Source: Octopus bimaculoides
Lineage: Eukaryota
Direction: 5' to 3'
Length of the DNA stretch: 64,000 nt
Assembly: GCF_001194135.2 (NCBI RefSeq)
Contig: NC_069007.1
Location: 10,867,989-10,931,988, forward strand
Shown here: one piece after another, positions 50,581 to 62,325 of the stretch
Position numbering within the stretch: the stretch's first letter is position 1
How the letters are laid out: every line of letters begins with the position of its first letter
Notes under the pieces: generated by a model
Databases searched by the model: none
Seen by the model: only the letters and a program-made list of their open reading frames with translations
What the model was told of the DNA's origin: nothing
Program-made: the position numbers and the translations under genes

Positions 50581-51269
50581 CTTCTGCTTTGCAAATAATG
50601 TGGTCTTCGTCCATAATGTTAAGGTGACACTGACAATTCTCTCGTACCATAACTTAATAGAGCTAACAATGTATGGTCTGCAGAATACTGCAGACATGTA
50701 GGCTACTAGGAGCCTGCAACTCCTCTCCAGCCTGAACTCTCATAAACCTGATTAGAAAGGTATTGAGAAAGAGGCCATGGAACAAAACTGGTCTACCAGT
50801 CTGACAGAATGTATCTCAGACAACAGAATTTGTCCTTCCTTTTAAAAGAGAGTAGGTGTGATTTGATGGAGATCTGGCTGCTATTTTACCTGTTGTTTTT
50901 GTCAGTGTTGTTTAGTCCCAAGATTGGTTCTGATTTAGCAGACATGATCAACCAAAGAAGCAGTGGGTGAATAGAAATGGTGCACTGCACACTTGTCTAT
51001 AAGTGTTCAGTACATGTTTGATTGTGAGGTGACAGTCAATACTGATTGGTCAATTAATTAGCAGTTGAGGTTCCTACCGTCAGCAGATGTACTTTATCGA
51101 CCCTTGGTGATTATTTGTAGGTCTGTAGCTTTTGTTGGAAAAATTAAACTTTGCTTTTACTTCATCCATCTCAGGGTAAAAAGAATAACAAAGAGAACAG
51201 TAGGAAAAGAAAGTCTTCTTTATGGTTGGCTCTTCAGGAAAATTGTTTTATACTGTTTATGGAAATAGC

Positions 51270-51950
51270 TTCCCATATAATAGAAGAAAATATCTCCTTA
51301 AAATGCAGCAGATAATATTAGGTTAACATAGAAGATAGAGTATTTTTAGAAGAATTGATGACAAGTTTAGAATCTTTGAACAACTTGTTGGGATTGGATC
51401 AGTTCATGGAAAAACAAGACCTGACATATTTTAATAAAGTAATGATGTGCTTCAAAATGTAGAAATGATAATCAGTACACTTGTTAGCAGTAACTTGTCC
51501 ATGTGTCTATATAGAAAGGTCTCTAATCAGTGTGTGCTGTCTATCATTACATATGTATCAGAAACATGGACTACTAACATGAGCATTGAAAATAAATTAT
51601 GATCAATACAAAGAGCCATGGACAAGAAAATGCTGAAGATTAACAAAATGGATAAATTGAGAAATAACAGGATATGAGTGGCAACAGGATTAACAGATAT
51701 CATCTGGAAAATATAAATTCTGAAATGGTTTTTAGCAGGCGTGCATTTAGAAGAAGACAATAGAAGGAATAACAAATTGACTGAGTGGACACCGTGTCCA
51801 GAAAAAAGAAGGAAAAGAAGACTATGCAGAAATTGGAATGAAGACTTTGTTAAACTCTTCAGCACCCCAACATGGATGATGAAAACAGACTGTGGTTGGT
51901 GGAGAGAACATGCTGAAGCCTTTGTCCAGCAGCGGATTGAATGTATGCAT
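51270..51950 (+). mobile_element. Decayed RTE-clade LINE (different subfamily)
   Basis: ITYVSETWT...QRAMDKKML...KWFLAGVH...WTPCPEKR...EAFVQQ. Confidence 0.7.
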
Positions 51951-52254
51951 GGATGATGTATATATGTATGTACATATGTACACTGTGTATCTAAAGTGCA
52001 CCTCTTATTTGTTTATGACTAAAAATTGGCTGAATATTTACTTGTGTGGTGAGAGATGAAGATATTGTATTCATGGTCCATGCCTAGAGAAGTGCAGCGA
52101 TGATAAAATAATTCCTTAAACACAGGTCGCATAAGGACCAAGAATCCTGTGTTTGTCAATCTGCTTGGGAAATACCTTGAACCCCTGCACTGGTTCTTGT
52201 GTGCTTTATCTTTTATAACCCCCATAATGCAGGAACCTCATAGAATATTCTTTG

Positions 52255-53010
52255 TATCATCAGCATCATCATCATCGTTTAACGTCCGCTTTCCATGCTA
52301 GCATGGGTTGGACGATTTGACTGAGGACTGGTGAAACCGGATGGCAACACCAGGCTCCAATCTAATTTGGCAGAGTTTCTACAGCTGGATGCCCTTCCTA
52401 ACGCCAACCACTCAGAGAGTGTAGTGGGTGCTTTTACGTGTCACCCGCACGAAAACGGCCACGCTCGAAGTGATGTCTTTTATGTGCCACCCGCACAAGC
52501 CAGTCCAGGGGCACTGGCAACGATCTCACTCGAAAATCCTACGGGAGCCAGTCAGGCGGTACTGGCAACGATCTTACTTGGCTTGCCGGGTCTTCTCACG
52601 CACAGNNNNNNNNNNCCCAATGTACGAAGGTCTTGCCTCACCACCTCAGCCCAGGTCTTCCTGGGCCTACCTCTTCCATGGGTTCCCTCAACTGTTAGGG
52701 TGTGGCACTTTTTCACGCAGCTATCCTCATCCATTCTCACCACATGTCCATACCAGAGCAATCGTCTCTCTTGCACACCACAATTGATGCTTCTAATGTT
52801 CAGCTTCTCTCTCAAGATACTTACACTCTAACGGGTATTCACATTGACATTACACATCCAACGGAGCATACTGGCTTCATTCCTTGCGAGCTTACGTATG
52901 TCCTCAGCAGTTACAGCCCATGTTTCACTGCCATGTAGCATGGCTGTTCGTACGCATGCGTCATACAGTCTGCCTTTTACTCTGAGTGAGAGTCTCTTTG
53001 TCGCCAGCAG
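52255..53010 (-). mobile_element. Best-preserved RTE 3' fragment (RT C-terminus, UTR, tail)
   Basis: ORF 52552-52815 REKLNIRSINCGVQERRLLWYGHVVRMDEDSCVKKCHTLTVEGTHGRGRPRKTWAEVV; (gat)n tail at 52255-52275. Confidence 0.92.
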
Positions 53011-53279
53011 GGGTAGGGGTGATTTTTTCTAGCAAGCTGATTGGTTAGTATTTAGGGAACATCATCTGATCTATGTGTGGTCTCATCCTAGTTATTAAAA
53101 CTGTAAGAGTTCAATTCTAGCCTACCTGATCCTACTTACTAAAGCAGTAAGTTTTCAATTCTAGCCTATACTACAAACTTATGTTAATGGCTTGAGATAA
53201 ACAGGATGTTTAGAGAATGTTTTGAAATAATTGGTTTGGAATGTAGTGATCTTCTCCATCATGAGTTGTGCTGGCTCCT

Positions 53280-53990
53280 TAAATGACAGGTTCTGAGTAA
53301 ATTTGGGAAATTGGAAAATACTCCAAGCGATTTTCTAGAAGAGAATGTTGTGAAAAACAATTGGCTGATATATTTAGTATTTGTTGTTGATGTAACTATC
53401 CATTCTAATGATCTAAATTTGGAGCTGCAGAGAAAGAACAAATTGTTATTTAGCTTAGTAAATGTTATCAATGAATTCAAGATGAAATTAAAACTGTTCG
53501 TCTCTCAGTTATAAAATGATGATTTGAACAAAGTTTCTGTATGTGAAAGAAGAACACAGAGAATGTGCTGAAGATAATGTCAATTTGACAAAATATGTTA
53601 AAAAAAAAAGAAAAGAGAAAAGAAAAATCAGATTATTGCAAGTCATTTGAAAGCCATTTTCACGATTTTCTTAAAGAAAACTGCACTCAACCATATATTA
53701 AGCTATTTTCAATTAGTTAAGTGAAAATCTCTGAAGTGCTTAGTAATATACAGATGGAACTTATTGACTTGAAGACAAAGTCATTATTGAAAATGAAATT
53801 TGAAGAGTTACCCTCAGTTGCAAATGTTGTTAGAATGATTAAAATCTGCTTATCATTACCTTGCAAACAATCTTCATAACGAAGATAATTTATTCAAAGC
53901 TACATCTGACAATTGTAGACCTGTGTGCAGTTATATGAATAAATATTTTCATCTTTGAAACTGATAAAATATCTCATTAAAGTAAACAAT
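53280..53990 (+). mobile_element. hAT (Charlie/SPIN-like) transposase C-terminal remnant
   Basis: NWLIYLVFVVDVTIHSNDLNLELQRKNK...EFKMKLKLFVSQL...IQMELIDLK...IFSSLKLIK. Confidence 0.8.
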
Positions 53991-54029
53991 GTGTTTTTTA
54001 ATATTAAATTGTGTAAAAAGATGCTAAAT

Positions 54030-54420
54030 ATAGGTGCAGGAGTGGCTGTGTGGTAAGTAACTTGCTTACCAACCACATGGTTCCGGGTTCAGTCCTACTG
54101 TGTGGCACCTTCGGCAAGTGTCTTCTACTATAGCCCTGGGCTGATTAAAGCCTTGTGAGTGGATTTGGTAGATGGAAACTGAAAGAATCCCGTTGTATAT
54201 ATATATGGGTGTGTGTGTGTGTGTGTTTGTCCCCCCACCATCACTTGACAACCAATGCTGGTGTGTATATGTCTCCGTAACTCAGCAGTTCGGCAAAAGA
54301 GACTGATAGAATAAGTACTACGCTTACAAAGAATGAGTCCGGGGGTCAGTTTGTTCGACTAAAGGCAGTCCTCCAGCATGGCCACAGTCAAAGGACTGAA
54401 ACAAATAAAAGAGTAAAAGT
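54030..54420 (+). mobile_element. SINE family A, full length and well preserved
   Basis: ggtgcaggagtggctgtgtggtaagtaacttgc...gactgaaacaaataaaagagtaaaag. Confidence 0.92.
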
Positions 54421-55509
54421 GTAATATCCTGTGTTAACACATATTATACACATGTCATATATGATATATTCACATATTTTACACAAGAATTAAATGGCAT
54501 TACATGACTTGTATGAACTCAGGACTGAAATAATTGGTGCATGGAATGCAAAAGGGATGACCACCCTTGAAGTAGTTTGTCAAAGGTATTCCATCAATTA
54601 CTATCTCATTGTTGAGTATATCTACATTATCCAATGTATATTTGTTTTTTAAAATAGTTGGGGATGATTTGAAGGAGACATGGCTGCTATTTCCGGCAGG
54701 TTGATTGCTGACACGAACCCCTTATTTAATAGTTTCTGGTGGGGATCACAGTCAGAGTGGATGATGTTTAACTCTGATACAGCACGACAATTACGGTTCC
54801 TATTCCTTTTCCTATCACCTATTCTCCTATAACCCAAACTACACGTGATCCATTTCAACCTGACTTAGTCTTAATCTTTTATTATAATTCTTTACATCTA
54901 AGATGTATTATAAGAATATTAAAAGAACCCCAATATCTGATGGGTACTTTATCACTCCATCGTTCCAGATAGAATGAAAGACAAAATCTATAAAGCATCT
55001 TGGATACTTTATAGAAATACTTACTTAAAAGCTGCAATCCGTGTACACTTTTAAGTTAGCTCCTGTGGAGGGCTGACTGGGTCTGCAGCCCCAAACTAAA
55101 GAGAGCTAAACAGCATGACTACCATACATCTATAATGACTATATGCCTCAGTGGTGTTTGATCAGAGGTTAAGGACAGATGAGAATTAATTCTGTAATGC
55201 AATCATTTTATTGTTCCAGTCCCAAGTTGAATTCCAACTGTTGGCCAATTTGTTCCAAAGTTCTAATCTCGACGTAAAATTAATGAAGCAAATGTCATTT
55301 ATCTCCCCCTTGATCTCTGACGTCATCTGATAAATCCTAACCGCGATGGTGTGAACCAGCCAAGCTTTACCTGCTAGAAATAGCAACTCAAATGCTTTTA
55401 AATCAGATCCCAATGCTGGATGTTCAAGAACCAAATGAACGGTAGGTTTTTCTTCCTTGGATCATTCTTATTCCAAAAAGGTATAACATATCTATGTAGA
55501 GCAAATGTA

Positions 55510-55566
55510 GACTGAGATACAAGGGTCTCAGTCGGACAGACAGAATTTCGCTTTTATTAATATAGA
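55510..55566 (-). mobile_element. Helitron-like 5' terminus
   Basis: Minus strand A|TCTATATTAATAAAAGCGAAATTCTGTCTGTC, plus an 8-bp hairpin GACTGAGA/TCTCAGTC. Confidence 0.5.
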
Positions 55567-55719
55567 TGAAACAATTACATAAAGACTTCTACATTGTCTC
55601 ATAGTAAAATAGGATCTTGTTGTGACATCAGCCTCACATATTCTTTTATTCATTTCAGTCATGCAGCTGTGATCATGCTGGAGCACCACCATGAAAAATA
55701 TGTGCACTAACTCAATCTT

Positions 55720-56450
55720 CTCTTCTGCACATTGCATCTAATTTTTCTCTTCTGCTCGGTTTTTCTTTTACTGCATGCTAATAATACTAATACTACACAT
55801 CCAAAAAAACATGCCTGCCTCATTTTTTCCCTCCTTTTGCACATCCTCTGCATTTAAATGCTTTTACTTTACAACTATATAACCTCACAGTTCATGCAAA
55901 AACATTATTTAATCTACCCTTCACCCTGAATGAGGATTTATTTAGTCCCAACAGAGGTAATAGCTCCTGAACCTTCTCCCATCCTATCCTTACTTTGACA
56001 ACCAAAGTTTCAACCCCATCCAATTCTTGTGATTAGGTCATCACCTAAATTACAGCAGTGAATAACTACTTCCAGAGAACCTCCCAAGCATTTAAAAGAC
56101 TTTTTGTCTGTTGCATCTATTAGCCTGTCTATGACCCTACTTCTCTTTAATTCAGTTATAGAGTATAGAATTCTTTGGGGGTTTTTTCGGCATATCAAGC
56201 ATGATAACTTCTCTGAAGGCAATAGAGTCCCATATTCTTTCTTTCTTAGCTTTATTTTTTAAAAATCTTTGCTCAATTTACTGTTAAATCTCTTAATTGT
56301 AGATGCTGCTCACATACTTAAACCTTTTCCTGTAATTCTTCAATTGATGTAGTTATAAAAATTCTACAGATAGTCAACCTTAAATACTTTTGTTATGGCC
56401 TGGAGAATTACCATAAATGATCCACTCTTCTTTCCTGCGAACCAAAAGTT
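55720..56450 (-). mobile_element. Decayed RTE RT/thumb region
   Basis: LQAITKVFK...EELQEK...; CLICRK...; CNLGDD...RIGWG/GWEKVQELLPLL...KGRL. Confidence 0.75.
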
Positions 56451-56744
56451 TTTGTCTTTGCTATGTTTACTTCCAAATTTCTCAGTTCTAGTTTTTATTT
56501 TCATAAATGTAATTTCCTGATCTATGTCTTTCAGTCAGTCATGAGAACCAATATTCTTCATAATTAGTTGTGTTAGAAGACTTTCTCTTATTTTCATAAA
56601 TTCGTTGTTGGCTTCTGTGACATCTAATATTTAATATTATTGATTATTGATCTTAGAGTCAATCACTATGTTGGTCACGAAGGTGTTGGATCTTAGCTTT
56701 TACTTTTGCTTTTGTTGTTACGTGTCAGTGTATCTGTGCACGTG

Positions 56745-56815
<71 letters not shown>

Positions 56816-57413
56816 AAGTGTATTTATATATGGCTATGTGAATATATATGTCTAAATCTATATAGTTAAGCATGTGGTTGCATTTGTGTGGCTGCATGTG
56901 TGTGCGTGTGAGATATTGTATGTAAATATGTGTGAGATTGTCTATATATACATGAATAAATTTGTATGTATGAGTATGGCTATCTATGTGTGTGTTTGAG
57001 GTTGTACGTATGGCTAGTATATGCATGTGTGTGATATTCTTTTGGTTGTCTGTCTGTGTGGGTGCCTTTACTGTCTTCTTCATAGTGTAAGGCAATCAAT
57101 ATTTTTCTGTGGGTGAAAATGGTGATGGTGTAAATGATGACATGGATGATGATAACTTAGATGCTTATTTGGTCGAGAAGGTGGAACATTATTATTAAAA
57201 CTGTGTACCGTAGTACAGAGTATCATAAATCAACTGGAAGATGGATGCCCAGACTAACTTCTTAACAATCAAAGGGAGAACAAAAATTTTGGGTATGTGT
57301 TTATTTGGGTATGTGTTTATTAGTGCCAATATAAACACATACACTGGTGCCACATAATGTTTATCTAAACACACATACATACATGTATACATATATGTGT
57401 GTGTGAATGCATG

Positions 57414-57446
<33 letters not shown>

Positions 57447-57464
57447 ATGTATACGTGTATAGCA

Positions 57465-57528
57465 GACAGGTATCCAGTACTGATGAAGGGAGATACCCTG
57501 AAACCAGACTGGTATATTGGGTCTTGTC
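57465..57528 (+). ncRNA. Canonical-core type I hammerhead ribozyme
   Basis: Stem I GACAGG(T)ATCCAGTA / TATTGGGTCTTGTC; CTGATGA (57480-86); stem II AGGG-AGATA-CCCT; GAAA; stem III CCAG-A-CTGG; GUA triplet with predicted cleavage after 57514. Confidence 0.85.
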
Positions 57529-57829
57529 ACCACTAGGTGGTAGGGGTCGCTCCCCTGCTCACAATATATCGAACACAGGCTGTATTGTTAAACAGCTAGA
57601 GGAGGTGTCCTCCTGGGGTTACAAAAAATGGTAGTAACATAGTTGTGTATGGAACAGCCATGTTGAAGTGGCAACAGGCATTACTTTCCTGTATAGTTAC
57701 TACTTCATTTTAGAACTAGCTACTTTGCTTATATAATACGGGTTTTTTTCAATTGCATGAATTAAAGTCGGAAGGGGATGGGATAAACTACCTGCATCAA
57801 CTTGCTATGAAAGCAGGTAATAATTTAAT

Positions 57830-58873
57830 TTGCGCTTTTGAAGAATGCAGTTCGATTTTAACAGTTATTTTCTCAAATCTATAATAAAAGTGACAAAGGA
57901 GCATATTCGGCATATTTTGCTTTATGAGTTCAATAAAGGCAACAACACAACAGAAAGTATGAAGAATATTAATGTAGTATATGGAGATCGGACAATACAC
58001 ATAAGCCAGTATCAACAGTGGTTCCAGAAATTCTGAGATGGAAACTACAGCCTAGAAGGTGAGCCTCATCATCGACACCTGTGTGTCATTGGAAAAGTCA
58101 GCAAATTGGGTCAATGGGTTCCTCACAAACTTTCCGAGTCTAATCACATGCAGGGAGTGAATGTGTGCTCTTCTTTGCTGTCATGTCACATGAATGGACC
58201 ATTTTTGGACTGAATAGTGACTGATGAAGAGAAATGGGTTCTCTATAAAAATGTCAAGCACTGAAGACAGTGGGTAGGGAAAGGAGAAACACTGGCACCC
58301 CAGGCTAAAGAAGGTCAGCACCCATGTAGGGTGTTGTTATCTGTTTGGTGGGATATGAAAGGTTTCGTCCACTTTGAACTTTTTAACCTAAACCAAATGA
58401 TAACAAAGAAGATCTACTGGGAGCAGCTTGATTGGCTTAAGTAAGAGCTAGAAGAAAAATGATCATCTTTGGTTTCAAGATGAAAGGTGTTCTTCCATCA
58501 GGATAATGCTCGGCCATATACAGCAAGGATAACATTCCAAAGGCTGGAGTAGTTTGGATGGGAAACAATGCCTCTCCTACCATATTCACCAGACATTGCC
58601 CCATCTGATTATCATTTACTCCACAGTCTTCAAAATCATTTGGACAGAAAAAATATGAATTCTGTAGATGCGATGAGAAAAGTAGCGGAGGAGTATTTTT
58701 CATCACAGGCAAGTGTGTTTCGGAAGAGGAGCCTTGCAAGTTTACCAGATAGATGGAAGAGCATTGTAGAAAATGAAGGAGAGTATATTTTAGATTAAAA
58801 AGAACTTTGTTTATCTGAATTTTGGAAAATAATAGAAGTATAAAAATACTGCATTATTTATGGGATGACCAAA
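57830..58873 (+). mobile_element. Near-complete decayed mariner (DD34D)
   Basis: HIRHILLYEFNKG...WVPHKL...IVTDEEKW...VWWD...HQDNARP...YSPDIAPSDYHL with 34-residue spacing; right TIR gcattatttatgggatgaccaaa|TA. Confidence 0.93.
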
Positions 58874-59138
58874 TATATACATACAAGCACTTATAATCAT
58901 CACGGTAGAATATACAATGCTGTACTAATGATTATATTAGTTACATGCAAATCAACCGACCGAATATTTTTGCTGCCATCATTCAATTTTCTCAATGCAG
59001 TTTGTTCGGCTAAGTGATTCTTACTGGTGTGTACATGCGTGTGTCTGTGAGTGTATGTTAGCAATTCTTTACAGGTATATTTAGTATATTAGAAAACACA
59101 CACACACATACACACACAAATGTATATATGCACTCATT

Positions 59139-59175
<37 letters not shown>

Positions 59176-59420
59176 ATTCAACAGAAGTGATATATTGGAG
59201 ATAGATAGGTAGATACATACATACAGAGAGAGAGAGAGAAACATATACAAGTACACAAACTGCATTACAAGCCACAATCTATAGAATTCTTCAAAACATT
59301 ATGTAAGTATAAACACACATAAAAGCAAAAAAANNNNNNNNNNNNNNNNNNNNNNNNNNNNNNNNNNNNNNNNNNNNNNNNNNNNNNNNNNNNNNNNNNN
59401 NNNNNNNNNNNNNNNTATAT

Positions 59421-59540
59421 ATATGCTTTATCAATAAAGCTGCAAAGATACCACAAAAAAAAACTGTCCGAAGAACAGGAACATGAAACTCTGAGTAACA
59501 GTTTTTGTGATGTCTTTGCAGCTTTATTCATAAAGTATAT
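59421..59540 (+). ncRNA. Type I hammerhead at the tip of a hairpin of about 45 bp (copy 1)
   Basis: AAAACTGT-CCGAAGA-ACA GGAA CAT-GAAA-CTC T GAG-TA|ACAGTTTT. Arms 59421-59467 and 59498-59540 are complementary. Stem II shows CpG decay. Confidence 0.75.
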
Positions 59541-60050
59541 TACTCTACCTCTGGTATTTGAGCACTATTTTCTCAATCTTGTTTCACATTTACGTGCTTA
59601 CTCTGGTATATTAGGCTTTCACTTCATACACACCACCTCAATTTGATCTGTTCTCAGTCGAAAGACACCTGTTGTTATATTGTTGTTGTTTGTATTTGTA
59701 ATTGTGTACCATGTTCACCATTTTTTGTCTTTGTTGCCATACACATTTGCTAGATTTCTTACAAAAAATCTAATGCTCTTAGCTTACGTTTTGGGGGCAA
59801 CCAGATTGAACTGTCTCAAGTGTAACTGTCTGAAACAGTAAGGACATCTGGTAACTTGACTGAAGAAAGAAGGCCATGAATGACCCGTCCTTTTTTTTTC
59901 ACTGTCCTTCTCATTGTTGTTTCTTCTGTCTGCCTTTGTATCGTCTGTCTATCTGAATGTTTTATTGTCCTCTATTGTATAAGCACATAAATGTGGAACA
60001 AGGTGGCAAAAAATAGTACTCAAATACCAGAGGTAGAGTAATATGCTTTA
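59531..60050. repeat. Inverted repeats of about 70 bp enclosing a unique spacer of about 380 bp
   Basis: 59531-59600 taaagtatattactctacctctggtatttgagcactattt...cacatttacgtgctta versus the reverse complement of 59980-60050. Confidence 0.85.
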
Positions 60051-60055
60051 TTAAA

Positions 60056-60130
60056 CAAAACTATCCGACGAACGGGAACGTGAAACTCCGAGTAACAGTT
60101 TTTGTGTTATTTTTGTTGCTTTTTAATAAA

Positions 60131-60135
<5 letters not shown>
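60056..60135 (+). ncRNA. Type I hammerhead (copy 2, intact stem II)
   Basis: CAAAACTAT-CCGACGA-ACG GGAA CGT-GAAA-CTC C GAG-TA|ACAGTTTT; predicted cleavage after 60094. Confidence 0.8.
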
Positions 60136-60177
<42 letters not shown>

Positions 60178-60199
60178 TGTTAAAGAGGACAACAAATAT

Positions 60200-60682
60200 T
60201 AAGGCAAATCTAACATCTCAAGTCATATACATCATTACTATTGGAAAAAATTTTAAGTCTTACAGCTGTTTCTGGGATATCCCAGAGTATGGGATATTCT
60301 GTCATCAGAGAAAAATTAACCATCGTAGAACTGATAGCTGCAACTACAAATGTGGGACAGACTGCCCGCTGCAAGTCCAATGCAGAAGATTCAACATCGT
60401 ATACTAATGCACCATTCACAACATAGTAAACAATTCCTATAGCTACTACATTGGATCTACTAAAAATTTTAAACAAAGATATCATACACATTTAAGCACA
60501 TTTAAATATAAAGAGAATAGCAATTCCACATAAAGAGAATAACAATTCCAGCCACGTACACCATCTAATTAATAGAAAAATACAATATAGAATTTCCTGG
60601 GCTATAATAGACCTGGGTATCCTGTATCAGGGCCAACACTCCATTTGTGGACTCTGCTTAAAAGAAGCCCTCAAAATTTGTG
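60200..60682 (+). mobile_element. Penelope-like GIY-YIG endonuclease remnant
   Basis: CNYKCGTDCPLQVQCRRFNIVY*CTIHN...YYIGSTKNFKQRYHTHLSTF...ISWAII...CGLCLKEALKI. Confidence 0.85.
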
Positions 60683-61607
60683 ATGATGATGATGATGATG
60701 ATGACGACGACGACGATGATATGTATACCACAGAACTGCCCAGACCTTGGCACCAATATCTAAGCATTATGCAAATTGAATATGATTACACATGAAGAAA
60801 AACTACCAACACCAATGTAAGTAATCACCACATACCATGAATCCATCAACACTTTCCATTTTACTGAGATGAAGGACAACTCAGAATAATGAAACTGAGA
60901 ATAAAGTGTTCACAAAGAAGCATAACAAATATGTATTCCCATCATCAGCTGCCAAATGGATATCATTATGTTTTCAACACCTTAGCAGTACCATTCAAGC
61001 CAGCAGAGTCAATAGACTTAAAAACATAAATGCTGCCTGAGAATCAATAGTAATCAGCAGGGGCAAAACATTAGTGTAGTATGTCCATTACACCAACACT
61101 TGCCTAGTACTACAAGTAACAACATCAAATTAAAGAATTAGTATTAACTTATAGTTACAAAGTAGTACCTATAAAAACTTTCCCCACAAAATAACATTGT
61201 GATCCTAAAGACAAAAGAACAAGCAAACTGAACATGTTAAAAAAATAAGCTATTCAACCTCCAATACTCAACATAACAGCAGCAACCAATGAAATAGAAA
61301 ACCAAGGACATAAAACATGTAGACTATACAACAAACAGAGATGACTAAATATGTTGTTTCTCAGTCAATATCATATTACAAACATGGAACCACACCAGAA
61401 ACAAGCCTAATAAAGCTAGCAGAACAGGCTATCTTATAACTAATGTCCTCAAACAATGTACAAGGAAAATAGACAAGCATAGATCAATATCTATAAAATT
61501 TGTGTTAAATATTATGAAATAAATTAACCCAATAAATTGCTAATTAAAAGTAAAATAAAATATATATATATACACATAAGAAACTGAAATGGTAAGAGTT
61601 TAAAACA

Positions 61608-61804
61608 TTCATTAGCTTGCAACTATTTCTGCTATAAGATGCAATGTACTCATAGTTGAATGCTTCTGTAACACTCTATAGCTTCATTGAAGCTTCAAAA
61701 CTGCTCTCCATTTCTGAAGCTCTGATGAAGCTATAAGGCAATACACAAGCACTCAACTATAAATGCATTGCATCTTATAACAAAAACAGCTGTAAGCTAA
61801 TGAA
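61608..61804. repeat. Imperfect palindrome of about 197 bp (foldback or MITE-like)
   Basis: ttcattagcttgcaactatttctgctataagatgcaatg... pairs with ...cattgcatcttataacaaaaacagctgtaagctaatgaa; inner tatagcttca/tgaagctata also pair. Confidence 0.85.
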
Positions 61805-62272
61805 GTTCACAACATAATTTCTTATTCCCCTGCCATTTTCATTTCTTATTACTGTTCTGTAATCGACTGACACTTTGTTCTGGAGCATCTGTATATTGAA
61901 TTCTAACACCAGGTTATTAGTATCACTATGGCTTAGTGAAATAATAACAATACATACATAGATACGTACATACATAAATATTATCATGTAAGAGTTGTAA
62001 ATTGTATTGTTCAAATATTATCTGATAGGGAACTCAATACACTGTGTAAAGTAGATAGATATGTTTATGGTATCAAAAGTCAACATTTTATATACAGAGT
62101 TGAAATAGCAATATACAGATATAGATAAAGATAGGGATATTAGTATACATAGATAGAGAGATGAACCACAGTATCTATATAAATATTGATATAAAAACAA
62201 ATATATATATTGATATTGAGATAGATATTGATATAAATATTGATACAGACGTAGATATAGACAAAGATATCA

Positions 62273-62325
<53 letters not shown>

